A stretch of 64,000 nt of DNA. Source: Botryllus schlosseri. Its lineage: Eukaryota. Positions 38,149 through 51,100 of the stretch are shown here, piece after piece (position 1 is the stretch's first letter; each line of letters opens with the position of its first letter). Position numbers and translations under genes: made by a program. The stretch covers positions 32,304,001-32,368,000 of the forward strand of contig CM119371.1 in NCBI GenBank assembly GCA_051294905.1, written 5' to 3'. A model generated the notes under the pieces. It saw nothing but the letters and a program-made list of their open reading frames with translations. It had not been told where the DNA came from and searched no databases.

Positions 38149-38538
38149 AGCCGAAAACTATGACACTGAACGTTTATCAGCAGGAATAAACCTATGATTC
38201 GATGTTGCTTCTTGCAGTTACTAGATAGTAGCATTCACTGCTTTTAATGCTGTTATCCTAGTCTACAGTACTATCTTTTTGTAATTTATTTTTTTATTGG
38301 CCAATTTATTATTCGTCGATTGAATATATCGTGACGTATTTTCTTGTTTCGTTACTCCGCTGGGTGGCGACTATATTCATGGCCTTCGTGTCCAAATCCA
38401 TACCGATTTGACTGCCGCGTCTGTTGGTGAGATGAATAGATATACTGTAGGACTGGTCATATATAAGCCATTGGTGTGCTATTTTTTTGACATAACGGGC
38501 CGTTTATAAAAAACTCTGTGAAACCACCGGCTGCATAA

Positions 38539-39000
38539 TAGGGTTACCATATTTTGGAATCGGGAAAGAGGGACACTTTTTCAAAATTTTCAAACTTAGA
38601 ATATCGGAGAAAAATCTTGAAAAAATGTTAAATTTTTCCCCCTTCGCGGTCGACTAAAAAAAGGTCAACTTTCTCGCTCAGCTCCCAAAATACAGTTAAT
38701 TCTTTCTCATTATCAGTTGGTTGACTATTAGGAAAAGTCAACTTTCCGGCTAAACTACAGAAAGACAGTTTTTCTTTAACACTATGCGTTGGTTGACTAA
38801 AAAAGGTCGTCTCTTTCGTTTGAATCACGAATTTCGTATTTATGCCCATTCTCACTACAATCTGTCTACTGTATTACCTCTAAAACTTGTAAAGTAGGAC
38901 GAATTGCCAAAAGGAGGACAAAAGGGCGTCCTCCGAGGACATTTTCAAAACCCGTAAAAGGAGGCCAAATCCTCTTAAAAGAGGACGTATGGTAACCCGA
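38539..39000. mobile_element. hAT-like MITE with GAGGAC subterminal repeats
   Basis: TAGGGTTACCATA / TATGGTAACCCGA; related ends at about 24510-24553 and 28630-28755. Confidence 0.7.
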
Positions 39001-40646
39001 CATCATAGCTAGACTTTCCAGTAGTTGCAAGATCCACCATCTCATAACAATGATGGCGATGCTTTATCAATAAATTTAGGTGTCAATTCAATTCAATTTA
39101 TTGCTAAAAATTTTATCATTTCAATACACCACAAGACTGCAATACAATGAAAGATAGGAAGGTGTCGAAACGACTTGAGCAGCCTTCGAAATCACACAAA
39201 CTACTAGTAACAATCAGACATATAGCTGTCAGGCAGCTGATTACTGACTGAAGTTCATCAAAAAATATTCATATGCAATCTCAGCGTGTTCCAAACTTTT
39301 CTATTAGCACCCGAGCCCAGCTCCAATAAATCAAAATAAATTAAATCACGCGGGTCGCAAACCATTAAGAATCAGGACACTGGAAAACCCGCGAAATCTG
39401 GTATAATAGCTGCAAGACTCGAGGAGACTATTGAAAAAGTAAGGCATGCGCAGTACAGAACAATCGCTCTTGTTTATCCAAATTTAGCACTGTCGGCGTG
39501 CTGTTGTCTGATAACGTGCTACAGATAGAGCTGAACCCTGAGTTCACGTTAAGTTGTGGCTATAGCTAGGTATACTCAACTTGCAGCGGTAGACGCACGT
39601 TTCTGCGTTATAGTCCTTGATCTGACAAGTCAGCGAGAATGCGACGACAGTGTCGCCTCAGATAGATATGTTGGGCGAATGTATGGAATGCACAGTAGGA
39701 TATGGCCCAATGGGTCTACATATAATTCAAATGCACTGGCCTATAAATATCAAAAGTAACGTGATATAGAGCTGGGCGATGTACCATAATGAGATGGCAT
39801 ATTTTAGAAGTGTATGAACCGCGAGATGGCGCAGGGCGATCTACAGTACATTGTGATGCCAATTCCGCTATTCCCCTCATCACTGAATGTGTCTTCATCT
39901 GTTCGATGTAATCTTCTCCATCTTCTGTCACCAAAATTACAGCTTCACCCCTGTGATAGTAAGTCTCCCCTGCATCTAGATCTGCGCCAAAACCATCGCA
40001 CCAAAACACAGCCAAAACTTCATATTCAACATTTATTCAAATCATTATAGTCTCTATGATAACAATAATTAATCGTATATCCGTTACGAAGCGACTAGAT
40101 TCTCCACGTAATTGGCAAACATTGTCGAAAATCGGTACTACAGTTCTAGAATTATTACTACTGCGGCTACAACTAAGCTTACGACCGTACAGGATACTTT
40201 CACAAAGTCGGCGACCCAAAACAGCACCCGCGGGGCTTGTAACGTAGCTCGTAACATCTCGATACTGCGTCTGGCTAACGCACGCAAGGGGTAAACTGTT
40301 AAGGTCTTGGAACTGTGTGTTAATCGCACGCACTTAAACGCGTGGCCTTGATATGAACATAGCTCTTGCGTTCGGCATACAGCAAAAGCCTGTATCATTG
40401 GCAGTTTCAATTATTGCAGAGGCAAAATGACGGGCTTCCGCATATTGCCTAGATCGGAACTGTGGAGATAAGGGCAGAAAGGCAGAGGAAAAGAAATTAA
40501 CTCATTTCGGAAGAGACGGAGCGCTAACACTAGTCAACAAATCGTCTTTTTGACGCTGGGTTTTTACCAATTGGGAGTCGCTAACAGGAACTAGCGAATA
40601 ACAGTAAACGACGTAATCAGTATCGCGCTGCGAGACAGAACAGTAA

Positions 40647-41318
40647 AGACTCTAGAGTAGGGGTATTCAAAAATGACTTTTTTTCTTAAATCGTACAGGC
40701 TACTTGATAAAATTGTTGGGTTACCTAATTTAAGCCTACACACAAAATTTGGTTCAATTCCAGCCCGTAGCCGCATTGCTACAGGAGAAGGAAGTTTCGA
40801 TTTACTATATAAAAATAAATAGACAAAAATCTCAAAATTTTCTGTTCACCCCATGAAAGTGTTAGGGTGTCTATAGAAACGATGTTCACCAAATTTGGCT
40901 CAATTCCAACTAGCGGAAGAGGAGTTGTTGATGTCAAAAATTTGGATTTGAATAAAATAGTATTACTATAGTACTACTATAATAAATAATTGGTCACCGT
41001 AAATACTATTTTATTCAAATCCAAATTTTCTCGACGGCAATAACTCCGCTTCCAGTGGTTGGAATTCAACCAAATTTGGTGAGCATCGTTTCTATAGACA
41101 CCCTAACACTTTCATGGGGTGAACAGAAAATTTTGTTCACCGGTATGTATTTTTATATAACAAATAGACACTTTGTACTCTTGTAGCGATGCGGCTACGG
41201 GCTGGAATTGAACCAAATTTGGTGTGCAGGCTTAAATTAGGTAACCTAACAATTTTATCAAGTAGCCTGTACGATTTGAGAAAAAACGTAATTTTTGAAT
41301 ACCCCTGCTCTACAGTCT
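40647..41318. repeat. ~670-bp foldback palindrome (MITE-like)
   Basis: Arms of ~320 bp (TAGAGTAGGGGTATTCAAAAAT..CCAAATTTGG..AATAAAATAGTATT) are reverse complements around a ~30-nt AT-rich loop; degenerate partial relative at about 42790-42900. Confidence 0.85.
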
Positions 41319-42178
41319 ACAGACGCGCAAAAGTCATCGGCACATTTACGTAAAGCGTAATCACGAGCAAACGCACGGCAGATGATTTCATTTTGGTGCA
41401 TATCGCGACGCCAGCTAATCTGAAACGGCTTTGAAACCGGGTAGGTTCACGCGACCAGTTCGCAGCGTTGTGTGATCGGGAATGTGTTTGCAATAATTTA
41501 GTCAGTGACGTAGCATTAAAGTAAAATTAGAATTACCGAATTCGCAAAACATGTTAATCAGAACTGAAACTGAAGTGCAGAACGTTTCACGAATTATATT
41601 AGAAATAGATTACCGGAATTTACCTCTTTATTAGTCTACTTATGCAACTAGAACTATCTAGTTGTCCAAGTATGCGTGCTAGCCTTGGTTACAGTATTAT
41701 TAGAATTACCTAGTTGATAATCAATTAAATTAACTTGATCTAATTCTAATCTAATTGGACAACTAGAATGACCTGGTTATCGAAGTCCGCTGGTTACGCA
41801 GCTGTGGGCTGAAAAGTAGGATGTGAAATAGAAAAACTTTTGTGTCTCGATGTACCGTGTAATATTTGACTATCGGAAAGACGTAGACACCGTGGCTAGC
41901 ATACAGACCGCCATGGACACTGCCACCCTATACAGAGGACACTGTCCGAGATAGAAATATACAGAAACACATAAATTCTCCGAAACGCTAATTTGCTCCA
42001 CCGGAAAATGAGTCTAAAACAAAGTAAACCGGAGATAAAATTTGATTTGGACCGATATATACGTGAAATTACGAGGCCAGCCCCGTAAAATTCAAGCCGG
42101 TGTACCGTAATTGGCTGGTTTTGTGGCGAAACGGATAGGACGCCGCTAAGGCACTGTGTGACTCTCGCCTAGTCTTTG

Positions 42179-45100
42179 TCACCATAGAGATGAGATTTCG
42201 GTACAGTTCGAAAATCCCGGCTCCTTGCGCTTTTTCCAATACTGACCCGACTGCACCCAAACCTCCTCTTTTTTGCCGTTTGTCGCTTTTCTGAAGAATA
42301 TTTCGAATTTCAAAATTATAGAATGTAAAATTTTAAGTTTCATAATTTAAAAATTTCGGAAATTTCAGACAAATAACGAATTAACTCCGTATAAAGGTTA
42401 AGCACAATGATTAAAGTACTTCAAAATAAAATTTCCTTTCCACTAGATACCATTATCAACAAGAATTCTAGTTTCAATACTATTTCTCTACCTCAGAAAC
42501 CCGAAACCTCGCTTGGCTGCATCACATGTAGCACAAAGATAGTCTCGTTAGCGGAAATGAAATTACTGTGAAGTTGTGATCAACCGACAGCATCGTCGTA
42601 AAGTGCGATGAAATAGGTATGGCAGAAATAGTACCAAATTATCTTAAATGTGATGTATTCCGGGGATTCACCGATCAAATTGTCAGGTTGCCGTAAACAC
42701 GCACAGGAGTTTGAAACTTTTGGATTTATTAAAAAGTTTCAAATTTTACTGTACACGGTGGGAAATCCCTGAATTATAAATGAAAACATCAAATAACTTC
42801 GCTTCTAGGGGTTGGAATTGCATCAAATTTGTGGCGCATCGTTTATTTGGACAACTCTACAATTTCACGGGGTTGACAGCAAAATTTGAAAATTTTTGTA
42901 AAAATTTTTCAACGATAAATTGATAATTTTCATATTGTGTGTTCACATTCACCAGTTGCGTGCGCATAGATTTTTAGGCAACATCACAATTTAATCAGTG
43001 AATCCCTGAACAACGCTACTGACCACCCATCCCAAAAAATAGGCCTTTGATTCTCACTTGAAAAATTTTGGCAGGTATTCCTGCTTGGCGTCGTCCCTCT
43101 GTTTTTTCCTGTCTCGTTGCAGCTGCTCAATTCTCTGCTTTTCGCTTTCCGCCCCGTCTAGGTCGCCTTCTTCTAGTAACCTGATAAGAAATGGACATTG
43201 TAATTGGAGCGTGGCAGAGTATAGTTTTGTGTCAATTTTAAATAAAAATGTGAACAGCAGTGTTGTAATGACTCGACTCGAGTCATTTTCTCAAAATATG
43301 GAAATGACTCGACTTGAGTCAATCTGTGTATTGACTCGACTTGGACTCGAGTCATTGCGCATGACTCGAACCAAGTCACATGACTCGGGACTCAGACGGC
43401 CAAGACCGGCATTTCATTGTAATTTCGAAGAATAGTAAAGTAACCACGCTATTGGGATTTCATCTATTGGTACTGGTACTTGAAAATGCGACCAGATACT
43501 GCTAAGGTGAGGTGAATCAGTATATTATAGATGCGAACCATTTGATATCACCAAACAGTTATAAAAAGTGGGTTTAACAGGATTTCAACTGGAAACTGAG
43601 CAGTCAACACAATGACTTGGACTTGACTTGAGTCAAAACTATAAAAGTGAGATTGACTTGTGACTCGGACCCTTGCGACTTGGTTACAACCCTGGTGAAC
43701 GGGTATCGAAGTAGCGAATTTCAAGCCCATGGTTCCCAATGCAAGGGTTCTCAAACTACGGTGCATGAACCCCCTGCGATAATTGTAGGATCGAGGCCAA
43801 GAAATCCAGGATTTACTGCCAATTGACTAATAGATCAATCCAGTCATTAGAAATTAGCTCTGCTCAACATCTTTCCAAAGTTGTTCGTAGAATTTTCCAA
43901 TAATCTACAATTTTCGTGTCAGTTTTGAAAAATAATCTTTGGTACCACCGGATGTGGACTTCGACACTGCGAGAATCGCTAAATTAAATTTGAAAATAAT
44001 AAATCTGCGAACGCGTTACCTCTGATCCGGTCGGAACCTTGTGTCTGTTTTGGGCAGAAGTTTGGCCTCGTTACTGTCGAGCTCGTTGAGTTCCATCGCG
44101 AATTGCGTAAAGCCGTAATACTTGTCGGAATCGGTCGGCATAGCAGCTGAAAAATATGACAAAACGATAAGTCAATAAAGGTAAGATCGGGACCTACGAT
44201 ATTCAACAGATATGGTAGGCCCCGGTAGTATATTAGTGATATAGCTGTCGTATATATAGTGAGTGTAAAACATTGCATATCAATCAACTTGAATAAGAGA
44301 GAACAGATGACTCGAGCCCATTATACTATTTTCAGATTTTCTTCAAACCACAGTTGGCAGATTTTGACGAAAGTCGACTAAAGCATTTTAACGGCCTCAA
44401 GCGATATCGCCGTTCCATCCAAATTGCGAATTCTTTCCGGGGTTGTGAACAAGTCGCAAGGTTCCGAGTCACAAGTCAATCTCACTTTTATAGTTTTGAC
44501 TCGAGTCAAGTCGAGTCATATACAATTCATCACCAAGTCAAGTCCGAGTCCAAGTCATTTATGTTCACTCTTCAGTTTTCAGTTCAACCCACTTATTCCA
44601 ACTCTGCTAATGTGATATCGAATGGCTCGGATTCATGATATAGTAATTTTCCTTAGTTTTTAACAGTTTCTGGCCCTACTTTCCAGGCATCAAGACTGAT
44701 AGACGAAATATCAATAATGTGGTGACTTTACTATTCTTCGAAGTTACAATGAAATGTCCGCCTTGGCCGTCCTAGTCTCGATTCATATGACTTGGTTCGA
44801 GTCATGCACAATGACTCGAGTACAAGACGAGTCAATACAGAAATTGACTCGAGTCGAGTCATTTTACGCATTTGAAAATATGACTCTCGAGAGTCAAGTC
44901 GAGACTTGAGTCGGACTGAAGTCGAGTCATTACAACATTACAACCAAGAAACCTAATGATTCTGAATCGCGCAAAGAAGAATCTTTAAGTTCAATAAGTC
45001 TGCCCTAAAACACCCTACAATGATTACGGAAAGAATTTTGGGACTCCTTCGAGCCCCGGGGCAGCTGGCTGAGGTTTGGGGTGCGGCGGTTACGGCCCTG

Positions 45101-48100
45101 AATATCGCCAGTGTCAAAACAGAAAGAGGCATTTAAGATAATCCCAACCCTATCCGAAAGGCTAATCACGATACAGGCTAGCCTAAACAGACTTGTACCG
45201 ACCAGCAATCTTGTTAGTTGACGGTGAACAACCGAGTCCACAGGTTTTTGATTAATTCTAGTTCTAGTTGTGGATTTTGAAAAGTGAGTAGTTGCGAATT
45301 CCGAGAATCCAGTAGTTTGTAAAAGTATGAATTTAAACCATAACCTAGTTTCAAAATGATTGTAAATTCACATCTGATCTGGAAAAAAACCTTCAACCCC
45401 AGATATTTTAAATCCAAATTCAGTTTCTCAGATTAGTGAAGAAACCCCTTACATTTCCGCCATATGCATCTGGCTTTATTTTCGCCGCCCGTGTAGATAG
45501 ACTCAAACCACCGGCCGTGTATGTTCTGTTGCACCTCTCCGGCCGCGTCGGTCACCTTGCCCGCAATCTCCCCGCTTTTACTGTTCCAGTACCCACTCTG
45601 AAATAACGGGGTCACCCGGTAAATGTTGACAGTGAAATTAATATTAAATCTTCAAATTCAAATCTTGTTCCTGATTAAGGCTGGATCGAGTGTTAATTCT
45701 AATGATTTGGGTCGAGCTGAGAGAGATGGTCATTTTGAGTACTGAAATTACACAAGAATTGACTGTAAACCTCGATTTGGAGACATGGTTTCTAATACAG
45801 ACAGGTTTCACGAGTCTTACTCAAGAAATATCTTGTAGTCACTTCACATGGACTTGGATTTAGACATAATACAATGCAGGGTTGTAATGGCTCGAGTCAT
45901 TGTGCGTGACTCGAACCGAGTCCTATGACTCGAGACTAGGAAGACCAAGACAGACATTTCATTGTAACTTCAAAGAATAGTAAAGTCACCACATTATTGG
46001 TACTTCATTTATCAGTCCTGATACTTGGAAAATAGGGCCAGAAAGTGTTAAAAACTGAGGGAAATTACGATATTATGAATGACAGCCATTCTATATCACT
46101 CAAGCAGAGCTGTATGAAGTGGGTTGAACCCGATTGAACTGAAAACCGAACATTGAACATAATGACTTGGACTCCAGTCAAAACACTATGACTCGAACCA
46201 GACCCTCTACAAGCTGAATTGGACTAGACTTACCTCGGTAGTGAATTAAAATTGACTCAACTCGAGTCAGAACTATAAAAGCGAGATTGAATTGCGACTT
46301 GGTTACAACCCTGATACAGTGTGACTTCTGGATTATGATTCTAATATCAAGCCAGATTTAATATTTCCAGCTTTCCTCAAAGGCATTTGTGAAATGATAA
46401 GGTTCAAATTGAAGGGAATTAATTAATGAATCAGGATCCAGAGAGGTATTTATTACAATGGATGATGCCAGACTGCTAATTTGTAAAGATTTTCCAAATT
46501 CATCGGACTATCTGCAAAATTTTTTGTACCATAGCCAAATCTGAATTTGAACTTTTTAGCTCAAGTCAGAGTGAGAGAGTGGCCTTTCGCAGATTGAATT
46601 ACCGCTTACTTTGCTAAAATTAATCTTGCAAGTGACGGTCTTGCTGGAGATGACCATGTCCCCGTAATGTTCCACCCATCGAGTCCCGCTCATGATGTTG
46701 TGGACGCACGTGGTCACTTTATTCCAGGTGTACTCCTCGTTGAACCTTGAACACGCAAATTAAACGCACGTTTAAACCAACGCGTGGAAGATAAAACACG
46801 TATTCCTACATATGGCTATTTGCTATTGCTAATGCTAATTACCTGAGCAGTTTGACATGCACGGAGCCAACCGGTAGAATCTCCATTGATTTGCCCCAGA
46901 ATTTATTCTTCCATCTGGCATCTGCGCGACAAAATATGCGACTGAATGAAAGCTAGGAATTCTCAAGTTAATCGATATAGTGAAACACTTTTTTCGGTAA
47001 TATCTTAACATAATAGCGGCATAACTTCAAACAAGTATCAGAGGATTTGTTATTTTTGAACAATCCGTCTGCGCGGTTAGTGATATACCGATGTACACTC
47101 GTGTTTATGGCTCTGCAGATAATCCTAATTGGCATGCGACCGTGTTTATCAACACAAACTTGTGGTGTGTGAATTGATAAATTTACTAATAAACCAAATT
47201 AAACCGTACTTTTAAAACTTTAGTGTTTCTCAACATTGCACAAAAACGCAAATAAAATAAGATCGAGTCCGACTAACCTTGCCAGAATTCAAAATTGTCC
47301 GATTGGCAATGGCACGCCGACACGGGCGGGTGATGGCTAACTTGTTCCGCTACGAATTTGAAACCTCTGTAAAAAAGAAAACAGAGTTTAAAATGCATTG
47401 TCACAAAGCGCAGTGAAATAGGTATGGTCGGAAAAATAGCAACGCAATAGTGTTTAGTGTGATGTAGAACCAGGGTTGTAATGACTCGACTTGGGTCACG
47501 ATTTTCTGATGACTCGACTTGACTCGAGGCATTTTCTCAAAATACGGAAATACTCCACTCGACTCGAGTCATTATGTGTATTGAATCGACTTGGATTCGA
47601 GTCATTATGCATGACTCGAACCAAGTCATATGACTCGACACTCAGACAGCCAAGAACAACGTTACATTGTAATTTCGAAGAGTAGTTGAGTATAACCACC
47701 CTATTGGGAGTTCGTCTATTGGTACTGGTACTTGAAAATGCGACCAGAAACTATGAAAAGTGAGAAAAATTAGTGTATTATAAATGCGAAATATCCGATA
47801 TCACCAAACAGAGCTATAAAAAGTGGCTTTAACAAAAATTTAACTGGAAACTGAGTAGTCAACTCAACGACTTGGACTCAGACTCAAGTCATAATACCAT
47901 GACTCGGACTCAACCCTCTTCTCGCTGACTTGGACTTGACTCGGTGTTGAATTGAAAATGACTCGACTTGACTCGAGTCAAAACTATAAGTGAGATTGAA
48001 TTGTGACTCGGAGCCTTGTGACTTGGTTACAACCCTGAATTTTCCTCAGTCCTAACAGTTTCTGGCCCTATTTTCCAAGTATCAGGAATGATAGACGAAA

Positions 48101-51100
48101 TATTGAATTAAGTATTCTTCGAAGTTACAACGAAATGTCTGTCTTGGCCGTCCTATAGTCTTGAGGCCTATGACTTGGTTCGAGTCGTGCACAATGACTC
48201 GAGTACAAGTCGTGTCAATACAAAAATTGACTCGAGTCGAGTCATTTTACGCATTTGGAAAAATGACTCGAGTAATTACAACCATGCACTCTGGTACTCG
48301 AATTTGCAAGGCCTCACTCAGCAGTAGGTCCTACATCAGACGTGATCACATTTACCATCTTGAAAGCAGAGAAATTTTTGACAATGAAATGATACAGTCA
48401 AACCTTATCTAAACAACCGTGTGATAACAACAAGCGAATAAAAACTCACTTGTCTTCCCGAACACACTCGTAGGTTTCACCGAGCAGGGGATTAAACGGC
48501 TTCTGGCCGGCTCTGAAATAAAGTAATAGCAACCATCTGTTACCCCATGTTTGAGACGCGATAAAATAACGCACGCACTCTACACTTTGATGCTTAACGC
48601 ACAAAATTAGAACTAACGTACGCGAGTCATGGCTTAAGAAATACACATCACAAGAGGTCGTCAGTAGAGTCGTTCAAAAATAAGTTTTATTTTTCAGGAT
48701 TCCGAGGATTCATTGATTAAATAAATTGTTAGGTACATGTGGACGCACAGGAGTCTTAAAACTTTGAATTTATTATAAAAAATATTTACTCACTTCCAAC
48801 AGGTAGCAGCCAAGTTATTAGAGTTCAAAATTTTGTATTCGCAAAAATGCCACCATACATCAATGCATACCTTGTGTATGTAGATGCATAAGACGAAACC
48901 GCAAAGGCTGCCACGTACACCATACGTTCGTACGGGTCTTCGCATTCTGCCGCCTTATCCAGCAACTCCGAATATTCCAATTCCTCACACAGACACTGAA
49001 AGAAACAAAATACCATGAAATACACATTAAAGACAATCCTGCCGAAGATTATATTGTTCTACTATACATCTTCGTAAAGAAAATCAAGTCAACCAAATCG
49101 ATCATGACAATATCACTCGTCGAAGCGTTGCGAATCTATACTTAAACTGCTATGTACTTTACAGAATAGAATCCAAATTCAGCGATGAAATGCAAGCTAC
49201 CAGGGTGCAGGGTGGTAATGACTCGAGTGACAATTTTCTGATGACTCAGCTTGACTCGAGTCATTTTTTCCAATGCGTAGGACTCGACTCGAGTAAATTT
49301 GTGTAATGACTCGACTTGTGCTCGAGTCATTGTGCATGACTCGTGACTAGGACGGCCCAGACAGACATTTCGTAGTAACTTCGAGGAACAGTAAAGTCAC
49401 CACATGATTGGTATTTCGTCTACCAGTCCAGATACTTGGAAAATTAAGCCAGAAACTGACAAGACTGAGGAAGTTTACGATATTATGAATGCGAGCCATT
49501 CTATATCACTCGAGCAGAGTTGAAAAAGGTGGGTTGAACAGGTTTGAACTCAAGACTGAGCAGTGAACACAACGACTTGGACTCGGCTCTCTACTCACTG
49601 ACTCGGTGATGAATTGAAAATGACTCGACTTGACTTGGAACCTTGCGACTTTGTTACAACCCTGCCCGCTACGGTCAGTCTTGTACAAACTACTGGATTT
49701 TCAAAATCCGCAACTAGAACTAGAACTACTCGCATTTCAAAATTCGCCATCTAGAACTAGAGCTAGAACTACTAGTGTTTCAAAATTGGAAACTAGAACT
49801 AGAAATACTCAGAAAGTCAATTTGAAAGTAGCCCACCACAGATTTAGTACTAAAAGTGTCAAAAAGTATGTAGTCTCTCTTTTAAAATAGAGCTGGTTGT
49901 GACTTCGTACCTGTAACGCGTTCAGCGGCTCGTTCAACGTAACGGGCATTGAGATCCTGCTCAAGTCCTTGCCGATGTTTTTACGTAGCATGCTCCACAG
50001 GCTGAAATTGCCACTCTCCGGGCGGAAGCACGGCAGCTTGGTGCGCCGCCCTGATGTTTGGACCGGGTCAGGGTCGATGCGGACTGTACGCAAATAAGAT
50101 AAGTATAGGTATGGTTGGCAAAAAAGATCGAGTATTAGGCTTCGAGGTAATCGAGTATCACTCATTAGGAAGATATTTTGACCTAATAAACGAAAGATTT
50201 TGACCTAAAAAATCAAAATTTTGACAATTTTTGATTCGGCTTCGAGTACTCGCTTGTGCTCGAGCCTTATATATGACTTAAGCAATCAGTGCCAATCATT
50301 ATTTCCTAGTGTATCTCGGTTTGGTATTTATACATGCGTTCTGTGATCCACTGCTCTCATGTCTATCCATCTCTTTGGATGGTAATAATAGTGATCAAAT
50401 TCGTTTATATATGGTGGAAAGGGGTGAGCAAATGACAAACTGACAGCGTCTATGCCTGGGTAAACACAACAAAACTCACGGCTTTGTAAAGAAGTACTTT
50501 CTCCTTCTGAATATTCGGTGTCTGTGGATGCGGCATCTCCGTTTTCACTTTCCTGAACATACAATGCATAGTTTTCAAAGGATTAAAATTGCCGAATTTG
50601 ATAGAAGACGCAGTCATTAATTAACAACTGCCACTTTTTCACAACAACCAAGCAATGCTGCCCGACAGTCTCAAATTCAAATATCGTACACAAAATGATT
50701 CTTAACACTGCAAATTGGTACAATTGCCGAAACCATATACAGTTACCTAGATTCAGGGGCTATTTATAACGGTTGTTATGACAATTCCACTCAAAAATTT
50801 GTGCAAAATGACTCAACTAGAGTCAATTTGTTTATGGACTCGACTTGAACTCGAGTCATGACCAAGTCATATGACTTGACAAATTCCATATGATCTATAT
50901 CCAAGTCTCGTATATCAGCACCGACAACTGAAAAATAGGCCTCGAAACCGTCTTTGCTCTGATTGAGAAAATATGTTTAGAGTGGGGGAAAATGAGTGTG
51001 TCATTAATCCGGGGCCTTCGGTTCCACCAAAAAGTTTCACTTGAACTTGAGACTGAGCAGTAAACACTGTGACTCGGACTCGGACTTGACTCGAGTCAAA

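Noticed and set aside
39716..40015. 99-aa minus-strand ORF with protein-like composition
   Set aside because: No recognisable motif, splice context or true ATG start; it lies downstream of the OSBPL stop.
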